NCBI GenBank assembly: GCA_965240325.2
Contig: OZ251229.1
Coordinates: forward strand, 2,108,001 to 2,172,000
From: Rebecca billardiae RCC1528
Taxonomy: Eukaryota; Protista; Haptophyta
DNA length: 64,000 nucleotides
Reading direction: 5' to 3'
In this document: positions 1 to 10,441 of the stretch, in pieces
How the letters are laid out: each line of letters opens with the position of its first letter
Position numbering within the stretch: position 1 is the stretch's first letter
Position numbers and translations under genes: made by a program
The notes under the pieces: generated by a model
What the model was told of the DNA's origin: nothing
The model's input: only the letters and a program-made list of their open reading frames with translations
The model's database searches: none

Positions 1-1212
1 TCACCGTCACGGCGGGGCCGACAGCGCGAGCGCGACGGTGCGAGATGCCGAAAGCGGTATGCGCCTAGTTAAAGGATCGCATGGTGACAATATCTCACCA
101 CCACTTGCCTGGCCAACACGTTTCAAGACAGATAACACAGTGTCCCACTGACCGTTGCCCGCGCCTGGCACTTGCGGCACTTGTGCTCCGCGGCAGGCGG
201 GCGGCAGCGTCGCGTGGGCGCGCACTGCCCCGAGACGTGCTGAACGTGCCTATGAGCGAGGCGCCTGACATGGAAGGACGCTGCGCGCTCTCTCGCGGCT
301 GCTCAGCTATACACTTTGCCTGCGCGGGCGCCTCCACGGCCGAGCGCGCGCCCCCAAGCACCTCCAGGGCTGCCGCGCAGGACACTTGGCTGCTGCGCCG
401 AGGCCAGCGCACAGTAAGGTGATCCGCCAACCTGCATCGCCCACGCTGGTCAGCGGCGTGGGCGCAGACTGCTCGGCGCGCCCGGCGATCGATCTGATCG
501 GGTCAGCTGCTCGCACACCTTTCGGGCAAGGCGCGCGACGCGCACGGGCTGGTCGTCTGCGGCAGGAGATGGTGCGCGCGAAGTGTGAGTGAGCGCGCCA
601 TGTTGCGCTGCGGCGCTCAGAACGTGCGCGCGCGTACTTGTCACAGCCACGCGCGAGAGAGGGCTCGGGGGCGGGGAGAAAGAGTGTGGCATGTGGCTCC
701 CCTCGCGAGCCATGAGCCACCACGCTCGTCAGCATCAAGTCAGACCTCTCGCGTGCGAGCATGCACAGGTGCGTTCGAACACACGCGTTCGCGCGAGCGC
801 GCAAGCGCGTGGCACCACAAGTTGGAGCGCGCGAGTCGCTGCACAGCGTAGCTGCTGCGTAGTGCATCCACGGTGCGCAGTACTGTACGCGGTCTCGTGT
901 GCCAGCGCCGTTCCAGGGCGGGGCCGGCATGGCGCTTGGCGGCGAACGGAGCCAGCAGCCCCGCGGCGGCACAGCCCCGGGAGCGCTCGCGCCAGTGGCG
1001 CCACCGAGAAAATGGTCTCCAGCAGAGACGGTCTTTGGCGGCTGGCGCCCAGAGTTCGTCTCTGGGCCGGGCTCCCCAGAGACGGTCTCCAGCAGAGACC
1101 GTCTGTAAATACGTAGGGGGGTCTTTGTGCAGTGTTGGTTAAAAGATATCCATCATACAGTTTAGCGCCGCGATCCCCCACGACGCGCGGCCACGAAATC
1201 GCATGCTACCAG

Positions 1213-1259
1213 TACAGTTTACTAAGAATAAGAGACGCACACAGCTCAGGCAGGCGAGA
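1213..1259 (+). repeat. 47-bp dispersed repeat, copy 1 (TACAGTTTACTAAGAATAAGAGACGCACACAGCTCAGGCAGGCGAGA)
   Basis: Near-identical copies at 6260-6306 and 54186-54232, one substitution each. Confidence 0.9.
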
Positions 1260-1276
1260 AGGAGCCCGCGCGAATC

Positions 1277-2693
1277 ATGGCGGCAGCACGCTCTCGACGC
1301 ACGGGAATGCGCTTGACACCATGGCTGACGTGGCGCGGTTGGATGTCCGCAGCGATCCTGTGGCACACGTGCGTGGCATGGCAACTTACAGACGACCGAT
1401 GGCCAGACGACGGTCGTTTCGCCCTGAATGCGTCGCAAGTCGCCGCCGTGATGTGCATCGGCGACTCGTGGATGACCGGGTTCAACGTGGCGGGGTACGG
1501 CTTGGACAGCCTAGCCAAGGTCAAGAAGGCGAACAGCGACTACCGCGGTGGGTCATGGGGCTGCGGCAACGGCATCGTCACGCGGGACCAGACGACCGAG
1601 ACGCTCGGAACGCTCGTAAGACGATTCAACCCCAAGCTCGCGGGCCTGTCCAAAGGCGAGCACCCTTTCAACAATGCCAATCCTTGCGACGCCAGGCACA
1701 GGTGCGCCGAGCGCCGCGCTCGGGTAGGTGCGGCTCGGTCGCCGAGCAAGCGCACGGCTGACGCGCCCACCTGCCACCCCCGCCGAGCGCGGCGTTCTTG
1801 CGCAGGGCTGTGTGCGGGCTGAACGCCGCCGTCGATGGGGCGGCCCTCCTGCCGCGGCCAGACTGGGCCACAGCGGACCGGAATGGCACGCTGCTCGACC
1901 AGGCTCGGGACCTGCGCCGGTGGATCGACGAGGAGAGCCCCCACCTGCTGCACCAGTGGAAGGTACTCACCTTCATGCCGTCGTGGGGCGACCAGGTGCG
2001 TTCCCAAGCGCGCGCACCGCTGTGCTGCCGCGCACGCGCAGCAGCAGACCGCGTTGGCGCACCACCCCTCACTGGCGCTGTGTGCATGCCCCCCACGCGT
2101 GCTGCCGCCGTGCCGTGCATCACCGAGGGCAGTGGTGGACGGAGCGCGACATCGAGCGCATCCGCGCCGGGCTGCGCGAGCTCTTCAGCTATCTTCGCGA
2201 CGCGCTGCCCAAGACGTACGTCAACCTTGTCAGCGTGACAGAGCATCCGTCGTCTCTCGACCAGATGATGGCTGAGCAACCGTGGTGCCAGCTGCGCGTT
2301 TCACTCTGGAAGGCGACCAACTTTGTGCGGCACCACACGCGTTTCAACAAGGGGTTGGGTGCGGACGAGTACGCGCGGCAGATCAATCACGAGCTGCATG
2401 CGATCGCGCGAGAATTCGGCGACGGTGAGCGCTTCGTCATCCGCGTCCGCACGATGATGCTCGAGCTGACATTCCAGCGCCGGCTGATGGAGCCCACGAC
2501 GTGTTTCCACCCCAGCACGATACTAGTCGGGAGCCTCGCGCTCGGCCTCTTGCAGAACATGGTCTCGCAGGGGCCATCAATGCAGCTCACGAGGCTGCCG
2601 GTGTACGACGAGCCGCCAGATCGGCAGCTCGCTCTGCAGGTCGAGCGGTTCCGGAAGCACGTGCTCACCGCGCCAGATCTCGTCTTCAGGTGA
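1277..2693 (+). CDS. Phospholipase B1-like SGNH/GDSL lipase; exons 1277-1701, 1806-1995, 2133-2693
   Basis: VMCIGDSWMTG (SGNH block I), YRGGSWG, TLGTLVRRFNPKLAG, LNAAVDGA, WKVLT, LPKTYVNLV and CFHPS match PLB1-type lipases. GT-AG introns 1702-1805 and 1996-2132 join three ORF-track frames in phase. Confidence 0.8.
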
Positions 2694-2995
2694 TCGACGT
2701 GATGACGCGCGCGTGCCGCGCGCCACAGCATGCGCGATTCCATCGTCCGCGTGTTATTAGTTTATTAAACTTCAGACGTCATTACCGCCAGTCTTTCACT
2801 CTCTTTGCGATCAGTCCATCCGATCATACGTCAGAGTCAGCAGTAGCATCCGACCGTCATCCCCGGCCGCTGCTCAGCTTGCAGCCGCACTCCTGAGGCG
2901 GCTCCTTCACAACGACCGGTAGCTTTCTACCTAGTCGTAATCGATGAGTCACTCGTGCGTCAGCAACATGAGCGGCATGGGTCCGCCTGCGCTGC

Positions 2996-5358
2996 TCATC
3001 GCCCGCCGCGCACCTTCACCTTGAGCGTGAGCGACTCGCCGTCGGCCAGGTTGTACGTGGCGAGCGTGTCGCGGTCCTTGAACATGGGCAGCCCGGGGCC
3101 GGTGAGCTGCTGCTTGTTCGGAGGCATCCCCCCGAGGAGGCCCTTGAGCTTCTCCTTGAGCTCCTGCACGCTGTCGCGCACGTGTGCCTGCACGCTCAGC
3201 GTTTGACCCTCGAGCCCCCACTCGGGTTTGCTGCCGTCGACAGGCACCTGCGCGGGCGGCGGCGCTCACGCGCGGGCGGTTGGTTGCCGCGTGAGCGCGG
3301 CGCGCGCGGCGGCGCTCGCGCGCGGGCGCCCACGCACCTGCACCGTGAGCGAGATGGCGCGGTCATTGCCCTCCGCGCTCAGGAACGCATCGGCGGGCAC
3401 CAGAGCGCGGGCCGTGCGCGCCGCCGCGCCGCCCGCTTCGTCGCCGGTCCGCTGTCGCTTCGCGTCGGGCTGCTCGGCGTGCGGCGGCGCGCCTGCCATC
3501 GGCGGTGGCGGCGGCAGGCCGGGCTGCGGCCCCGCGCCAGTGTTGGTGGGCGGCGGCGGCGGCATCAAGCCCGGCTGAGGCGGAGGGCCGCCGCCCGGAG
3601 GCGCCGCTGGCCAACCAGCGCCGAGCACGGGCGGTGGCGGCGGCATGCCGCCCGGTGGAGCGGCGCCGGGCTGCGCGAACGATGGCGGGGGCGGCGGTGC
3701 GGTGGGTAGCCCACTAGGCGGCCCGCCTGCTCGGTCGAAGGCGGGCCCGATCACCGGTCCGGAAGGAGCCTTGCCTGCGCGGCAGCAGCGGCCGCGGCGC
3801 GCGCGGCGCGGGCGTGTCAGGTTCTCGAGCGCAGTCAGGCGAGCAAACTGGGTGGGTCGGCGCGGGCGGCGCGCGGGCGTCGCAGAGCGCGCACGCACCC
3901 GCGTTAGCGTCGCTGCCCTCGCCGCCCGCCCCCGGGCCCTGCGTCGCCTTGGAGAACGCCGCCGTCGCCGCGTGCATGATCGACTCGGAGTGCCCATCCC
4001 ACATCACGCGATCCTTGGCAGCGCGCTCGCGCTCGCGCCTCTCGCGCTCAGCGACCTCACCGATCGCGACCTCCTCCTCGCCGAAGATGTCGGTGCGGCG
4101 CTGCGCGAAGCGCGCGATGTTCGCGCCGATCTCGGTGCCACGCGCCACGTTCGAGTCCTTCTGCCGCTCCTCCGCCAGCTGCTTCTGCTCCTTCCACCGA
4201 GGGTCGAGCAGCGAGATACGCATGTGCTCGCCCAGCTGGTCGAGTGGCATCTCCTGTCCCGAGATCGGGTCGATGGCGGTCTGCAGCTTGGGCACGGCGG
4301 ACGGGCGCACCTCGGGCACGTAGTCCTTGCGGATGCGCATCGCCGGCTCAGGCGCGACCACCGGCACGCTCTCCTCCTCGCCCGCGCCGCGCTCCGCGTC
4401 CGGCTGTGCGCCCGCCGCGCCCTCGAGCGGCGCCGCCGCCGGCAGAGCGCTCTCATCGTCGTCATCGAACGTGATCGTCTCGACGATGACGAAGTCGTGC
4501 CAGTCGACCATGAGCTGCTGCATGCGCTCGGCGTCGGCCGCCGCCTCCTTCTCGCGCCGCTTGCGCTCCTCTCTCCGCATCCACTCCGCGTGCCGCTGCA
4601 TGCGCTCGTGCACGGCGGCCATGCTGCCCGCCGCGCCGTCCGCGCGCACGCGCTCGAGCACCTCCGCAGGAGGCACGAGGCAGCGCGAGTACGCGTCGAC
4701 CAGGGCGGTGAAGTAGCCGAAGAGGTGGTGCTGCGGCCGGAGGAAGTCGAACTGCGGGTTCCGCCCCTCGCGCTCCGTCAGCTGCGAGAGGAAGCGGCGG
4801 CCGTTACGCGCGATGAACTGCGCGGAGAGCATGATGATGTCCGCCTCGAGAGGGTCGATGCCCGCCGGCCGAGGCACGTGGTACACGTGCTCGGGCAGGG
4901 GCAGCGGCTCGACCTTCGGGCCGGCGGTGGCGGGTCTGACGGTCGAGGCCTTCGCCGCGACCGTGCCGTTCGCCCCTGCCGACGCCTCCGCCTGCTGCGG
5001 TGCAGGGCCGGCGTCCGGCGCCGCCGCCTGCGCGGAGAGGGCAGCGATCGTCTTGCGGTAGTGTGCGTGGAACGGGTCGGACGGCTTGAGGAAGTTGAAC
5101 TTTGCGTTGTTCTGGTTGTTGTTGAGGATCATCGCCTCAAACTCGGGGCCGTTACGCGCCACATACTGCGCTGTCTTGTCGATGATGGCTGCGCGCGCGT
5201 GCGCGCACGCGCGCGCAAGCGAGAGAGATCGTGGCACGTGAGCGCGGCGCGTGATGCACTCGGCGCAGCACGGCCGCCGGGCGCGCGCGCCGCGAGCGCG
5301 CACTTTTGATCTCAGGAGGAGGGAGCACCTCGTCGTCAGGCCCTGGCTCGGCGGCCAT
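2996..5358 (-). CDS. SF3A1: Splicing factor 3A subunit 1 (Prp21/SAP114); exons 5358-5304, 5188-3899, 3774-3338, 3247-2996
   Basis: Two SURP domains (IIDKTAQYVARNGPEFE; IIMLSAQFIARNG...NPQFDFL), VDWHDFVIVETITF, EHMRISLLDPRWKEQ, Pro-rich region and C-terminal ubiquitin-like domain. Three phase-consistent GT-AG introns. Confidence 0.95.
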
Positions 5359-5510
5359 CGCTGCCGGCCCGCAAGAGGTGCCTTGTGCGGGTCAGCACGC
5401 GACTGCGCGACTCAGGGCCGCCATCGACGGCGGGCGCCTCAGTCGGCTGCGTCGCCGAACGATGGCGGCGCATCGCTGATGAACAAGACGTGCGGGGGGA
5501 GGGCTTGATC

Positions 5511-6053
5511 ATGGCGGAGGGCGCGCCCACGAGCCGGATCATAGTGATCACCTGTGGCGGAACGATCGACAAAGACTACCCGCGCGCGACTAGCGGCTAC
5601 GCCTTCGAGTTTGGCGACGAGCCGGCGGTCGCGCGCGTCCTCCAGCGCGCACAGCCCCTCTGCGTCCACGTCGAGGTCGTGTGCCCCATGCAGAAGGATA
5701 GCACGGAGATGACCAGCGACGATCGCGAGACTCTCCGCGCGCTCCTCACTGAGGCTGCACAGGGGTCGCGAGCCATCATCACGCACGGCACGGACACGAT
5801 GATCGAGACCGCGCGCTTCCTGCATGCGCCGGCCGCGCAGCGCGGGCAGACTGTCGTCCTCACGGGCGCAATGCGGCCGGAGCGCTTCACCGAGTCGGAC
5901 GCGCACTTCAACCTGGGGGTCGCCATTGGCGCCGTCCAGCTGCTGCCGGCAGGGGCATACGTGTGCATGAACGGCGTCCCGCGCCCGGCGCTTGGCGTGC
6001 GGCGATGCGAGGCGGATGGGCGGTTCGAAGCTGCGGAGCGTGTCGACGGTTGA
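5511..6053 (+). CDS. Short-chain (N-terminal domain only) class 1 L-asparaginase
   Basis: TCGGTIDKDY and THGTDTM catalytic Thr motifs, KDS, VVLTGAMRP, SDAHFNLG; about 180 aa, intronless. Confidence 0.9.
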   Translation: MAEGAPTSRIIVITCGGTIDKDYPRATSGYAFEFGDEPAVARVLQRAQPLCVHVEVVCPMQKDSTEMTSDDRETLRALLTEAAQGSRAIITHGTDTMIETARFLHAPAAQRGQTVVLTGAMRPERFTESDAHFNLGVAIGAVQLLPAGAYVCMNGVPRPALGVRRCEADGRFEAAERVDG

Positions 6054-6259
6054 GGCCCGCTCGGGAGCCGCGCGCCTGTGCATGTGCGCGGACAATGTGC
6101 GCTCACTGCGGTCTCTGGCGCTGGCGAAGCGGTCTTGCCGGCTGGCGCTCGCGCTCGGTGCGCTGGCCTGACACTGCAATCTGACGGCGCGCGGAGTGAC
6201 CGTCCCGCGGCAGCAGGCAGTGCATTGCAGCCTCGCAGCCACGCTCACCTAGATTCGGC

Positions 6260-6306
6260 TACAGTTTACTAAGAATAAGAGACGCACACAGCTCAGACAG
6301 GCGAGA
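6260..6306 (+). repeat. 47-bp dispersed repeat, copy 2
   Basis: Matches 1213-1259 with one substitution. Confidence 0.9.
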
Positions 6307-6805
6307 TGATTGGCTCGGTTCGGAGTGACTTGTGTGAGAAACCTGTCACATATGTATCCTGAACTCAGTCGGGCGATTCTTAGACTCCGCGGCGTCGCCG
6401 CGCAGGCGCCAGCCGTCAGCCGCCAAGTCGTTTGTTGACACGTCGCATAGACGCATCATGCTGATCATGGCGTGACAGTGGCTTGTTCATTGCTGTTGGT
6501 TGTTTGCCGTGGCGCGGCCGCGGGCGGGGGTGCGGGAGGGCGCCGGCCTGGGCAGGAAGCGCCGCCCGCCCCGGCCGCAGTCCGGGCGCCGCCTTCTTGC
6601 TTTTCTCACCGGACCGCCGCCCTAACTTTTGCTCGCGGACGAACCTCGCGACTGGCAGCGACGATTCCCCGCCGCCCTCAATTGCGGGTGGCACGCGTGG
6701 TTGCGCGCGGCGCCGGGCAGGCAGCCGTCTTGAGCGCGCCGTGTTCGGCTGGGCTGCGTGAGGGAGGCTCTCGATTGCACCGAGCTGCACTCACCTCGAG
6801 GCGCC

Positions 6806-9211
6806 ATGAGGCGCGTCATCAAGAAGATCCTCATCGCCAACCGCGGCGAGATCTCGTGCCGCGTCTCGCGCACGGCGCGGCGCATGGGCATCAAGACGGT
6901 GGCTGTCTTCTCAGAGGCGGATCGGCACGCGAAGCACGTGCAGATGGCTGACGAGGCGGTCTGCGTTGGCCCGACCCTTGCAGCGCACTCATATCTCAAC
7001 GTGCCCAACATCATGCAGGCCATCCGCGACACGGGCGCGGACGCGGTGCACCCTGGCTATGGCTTCCTCTCGGAGAACGCCTCGTTCGCGCAGGCGTGCG
7101 AGGAGGCGGGGATCGAGTTCATCGGCCCCGGCCCGCACGCGATCAACTCGATGGGCGACAAGATCGAGTCCAAGCTGATCGCGCGCGAGGCCGGCGTGCA
7201 CACCATCCCCGGCTTTGCGGGCATCCTCGACACGAAGGAGGAGATCCTCAAGGTTGCCAACGAGATCGGCTACCCGGTGATGATCAAGGCGTCGGCGGGC
7301 GGCGGCGGCAAGGGGATGCGCATCGCGTACAACGACCAGGAGGCCGAGGAGGGCTACCGCCTCTCGCGCGAGGAGGCCCTCTCCTCCTTCGGCGACGACC
7401 GCCTCTTTGTGGAGAAGTTCATCGAGCAGCCGCGCCACATCGAGATCCAGCTCGTCGGCGACAAGCTCGGTAACTACATCTACCTGCCCGAGCGCGAGTG
7501 CTCGATCCAGCGGCGGAACCAGAAGGTGCTGGAGGAGGCGCCGTCGCCATTCATCACGCCCGAGGTGCGCGCCAAGATGGGCGAGCAGGCCGTCGCGCTC
7601 GCGCGGCAGGTCGGCTACCACTCGGCGGGCACGGTCGAGTTCCTCGTCGACAAGCACCTGCAGCACTACTTTCTGGAGATGAACACGCGGCTGCAGGTGG
7701 AGCACCCGGTGACCGAGCTGGTGTCGGGGCTGGACCTGGTGGAGCAGATGATCCGGGTGGGCCAGGGCGAGCCGCTGAGCATCTCGCAGGACGAGGTGCG
7801 CATCAACGGCTGGGCGCTCGAGTCGCGCGTGTACGCAGAGGACCCGCTGCGCGGCTTCCTGCCGTCGACCGGCCGGCTCGAGCGATACGTCGAGCCGACG
7901 ACCGAGGCGGTGGCGGCGGCGGTGGCGACGGTGGACCCGGAGGCGGCGGAGGGCGCGACCGTGCGCGTCGACTCGGGCGTGAAGGAGTGGTCCGACATCA
8001 CCATGCACTACGACCCGATGATCTCCAAGCTCGTCACGCACGGCCGCGACCGGACGGCGGCGCTCAAGCTGATGAGCGCCGCCCTCGATCGGTACGTCAT
8101 CGACGGGCTCGCGCACAACATCAACTTCCTGCGCGAGATGATGGACCACCCGCGGTTCATCTCGGGCGACATCGACACCAAGCTGATCGAGGTCGAGTTC
8201 AAGGGCGGGTACAAGGGCTACCAGCTCGACTCTGCGCAGCAGCAGGATCTGCTCGCCGTCGCCGGCGCCGTGCAGTGGAAGCAGACGCTCGCGGCGCACG
8301 CGGGCCGGCCGAGCACGCCGACGCAGCTGCCGCTCGTGATGGAGCTGCTCGGCAACTCGCACGAGCTCACCGTGATGCCCGGCGCGAGCGCGCAGGAGGT
8401 GACGGTCGCCGGCCACGACGGCTGGCAGCGCGGGATCGACGTGCGCAGCTGGGGCCTCGGCGCGTCCTCGGTCTTCGAGGGCCTGATCAGCGGCGAGGGC
8501 CCGGTGCGCAACGTGGCGGTGCAGCTGATACAGCGCAAGCTGCTCGGCATGGTGCTGCAGCACTGCGGCACCAAGTACGAGCTGGCGGTGCACACGCCGA
8601 CGCAGGTGCGCGCGCGCGCGCTTGGGACGCGCGCGGGCCGCGCCACGCGCCTCGCCGCGCCGCCGCCGCGCACGCGCGCTCCCGTGTGCCGTGCGTGCCG
8701 ACAGCTCACTCCGAGGTGCGCGCCCGCGCTCCGCTGCGGCGCCGCGTGCCCCCCACCCGCCCGCCGCTCGGCAGGCGAGCCTGGCGCACCACATGCCGGA
8801 GCCTGCCGTGAGCAGCCTGGCCAACTGCATCGTGAGCCCGATGCCCGGCGTTCTCCTGTCGCTCGCGGTGAGCAAGGGCGATCAGGTCATCGCTGGCCAG
8901 GTGCGTGCTCGCACCGCGCGCTCGCGCGGAGCGCGCGAGCGGGCAAGACACTCTCGCGCTCGCCCTGGCTCGCGGCAGCGCCGCGCTCCGCTGCACCCAC
9001 ACCGCCTCACCGTACACGCGCGCATTCGACCGCCCTCCGCCCCACCCCGCCCATGCAGGAGGTCGCGGTCGTCGAGGCGATGAAGATGCAGAACATCCTG
9101 CGCGCGCCGTGCAACGCGGTCGTGCGCGACATCGTCAAGTCGGCCGGCGAGACCCTCGCGGTCGACGACGTCATCCTCGAGTTCGAGGAATCGGAAGCGG
9201 CTGCTGCGTGA
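6806..9211 (+). CDS. PCCA: Propionyl-CoA carboxylase alpha subunit (biotin carboxylase plus biotin carrier); exons 6806-8605, 8775-8900, 9059-9211
   Basis: KKILIANRGEI, HPGYGFLSEN, GGGGKGMR, ERECSIQRRNQKV (PCC-type), EMNTRLQVEH and biotinylation motif EAMKM. GT-AG introns 8606-8774 and 8901-9058. True N-terminus is uncertain. Confidence 0.9.
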   Translation: MRRVIKKILIANRGEISCRVSRTARRMGIKTVAVFSEADRHAKHVQMADEAVCVGPTLAAHSYLNVPNIMQAIRDTGADAVHPGYGFLSENASFAQACEEAGIEFIGPGPHAINSMGDKIESKLIAREAGVHTIPGFAGILDTKEEILKVANEIGYPVMIKASAGGGGKGMRIAYNDQEAEEGYRLSREEALSSFGDDRLFVEKFIEQPRHIEIQLVGDKLGNYIYLPERECSIQRRNQKVLEEAPSPFITPEVRAKMGEQAVALARQVGYHSAGTVEFLVDKHLQHYFLEMNTRLQVEHPVTELVSGLDLVEQMIRVGQGEPLSISQDEVRINGWALESRVYAEDPLRGFLPSTGRLERYVEPTTEAVAAAVATVDPEAAEGATVRVDSGVKEWSDITMHYDPMISKLVTHGRDRTAALKLMSAALDRYVIDGLAHNINFLREMMDHPRFISGDIDTKLIEVEFKGGYKGYQLDSAQQQDLLAVAGAVQWKQTLAAHAGRPSTPTQLPLVMELLGNSHELTVMPGASAQEVTVAGHDGWQRGIDVRSWGLGASSVFEGLISGEGPVRNVAVQLIQRKLLGMVLQHCGTKYELAVHTPTQVRARALGTRAGRATRLAAPPPRTRAPVCRACRQLTPRCAPALRCGAACPPPARRSAGEPGAPHAGACREQPGQLHREPDARRSPVARGEQGRSGHRWPGACSHRALARSARAGKTLSRSPWLAAAPRSAAPTPPHRTRAHSTALRPTPPMQEVAVVEAMKMQNILRAPCNAVVRDIVKSAGETLAVDDVILEFEESEAAAA

Positions 9212-9703
9212 TCATGCACACATCTCTTCATTCAGTCCGCTACTCCCCGCCAGCCTGGCCGAGGCTGGCCGGCCTTGCGACGCGCTCACGGCGGATTCGG
9301 ACGCGGAGAAGCGCGCATTGCGTCGCTTGGGCGACTGCTGCCTACTGCCACAATAGTAAACTGTTGACGATTCATATTTTAGAGCTTCCCGCGTTGAGAT
9401 GATGGCGGTCTTACTGACCTACTCGATCTGGCTATCAACGCAGCGGGGTATCTTCAGTAAGACCTTCTACCCAGCCATTAAGGATCTCCGCCCCCGAGCT
9501 CATTAAGCCCGAATCTCGCGCGAGCGGGCGCCGTGTAGCTCTATGAGATTCGTCACCTTTGCCCTTTGACGCTTGACCCACGCAGAGGCACAGCTGTTGA
9601 AGAGTCCCGCGCTTCCCCTCCCTTTCCCAACCGAGGAGTTAGGGGCTGCCGGGACGAGGGCGGCTGCTCTCTTTCTCGGCGTCTTAAGGCGGGAGCGGGA
9701 GCG

Positions 9704-10441
9704 ATGAGCTCGAATGGCGAGCACGAGCGCGCAAACGTGTCACAGCAGGAGGCGTCAGACCCGGTGCTGTGCTCGAACGGCTGCGGGTTCTACGGGTGCG
9801 CGCCCGCGCGCGGCGTGGCGCGCGCCAGGCGTCAGTCAGTTTCGCTCACACGAGCCCGATGCGCGCCCGCGCGGATGTGCCGCTGGACGCGTGCGCAGCA
9901 ACCCGCTGACAGCGAACTTGTGCTCCAAGTGCTTCAAGGACATCCACGCAAACAAGGCCGCCGCGGCAGTCGTCGAGCCCCCTGCCTGTACGCGCACGCG
10001 CGCGCGCCCCTCATCCCGCCCCCGCCTCGGGTGCCGCCGGGCAGGCCCGTGACGCGCCTGCGCTGCGCGCGCCTGGGCTGACCCGACGTCCGCGCGCGCC
10101 CGTGCTGGTCCCGTGCGGCGTGATGCCCCCGCCGCGCAGGTGAGCCTTGTGCGCCTGTTGCGCCGGTGGAGGCGCCGGCGGTCGCCGCCGCGGAGCCGGC
10201 AGCATCGCCTGCGGCAGCGCCTACGCCTGAGCCGGCGATTCAGGCAAACACCTCGCGGTGCTGGACGTGCAACAAGAAGATCGGCTTGACCGGCTTCAAG
10301 TGCCGATGCGAATACTTCTACTGCACCAACCACCGGTACTCCGATCAGCACAACTGTCCCTTCGATTACAAAAAGCTCGGACGCGAGCAGGTCGCTAAGG
10401 CCAACCCGCTCGTGCAGGCAGCAAAGATCACCAAGATCTAG
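9704..10441 (+). CDS. A20/AN1 zinc-finger stress-associated protein; exons 9704-9795, 9899-9987, 10140-10441
   Basis: [24 protein letters not shown] (A20) and RCWTCNKKIGLTGFKCRCEYFYCTNHRYSDQHNCPFDYK...KANPLVQAAKITKI (AN1); phase-consistent introns. Confidence 0.95.

Noticed and set aside
1-1000. Several overlapping Arg/Ala-rich ORFs
   Set aside because: No motifs or codon pattern; expected by chance at this GC content.
1226-1240. Resemblance of ataagagac to the Tn5/Nextera mosaic end
   Set aside because: Only about 9 nt match, and the 47-bp unit has copy-specific substitutions, so adapter contamination is unlikely.
3645-8875. Long antisense ORFs (554 aa at 3645-5309, 628 aa at 6989-8875) and similar shadows elsewhere
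   Set aside because: Shadow frames of high-GC3 genes on the opposite strand.
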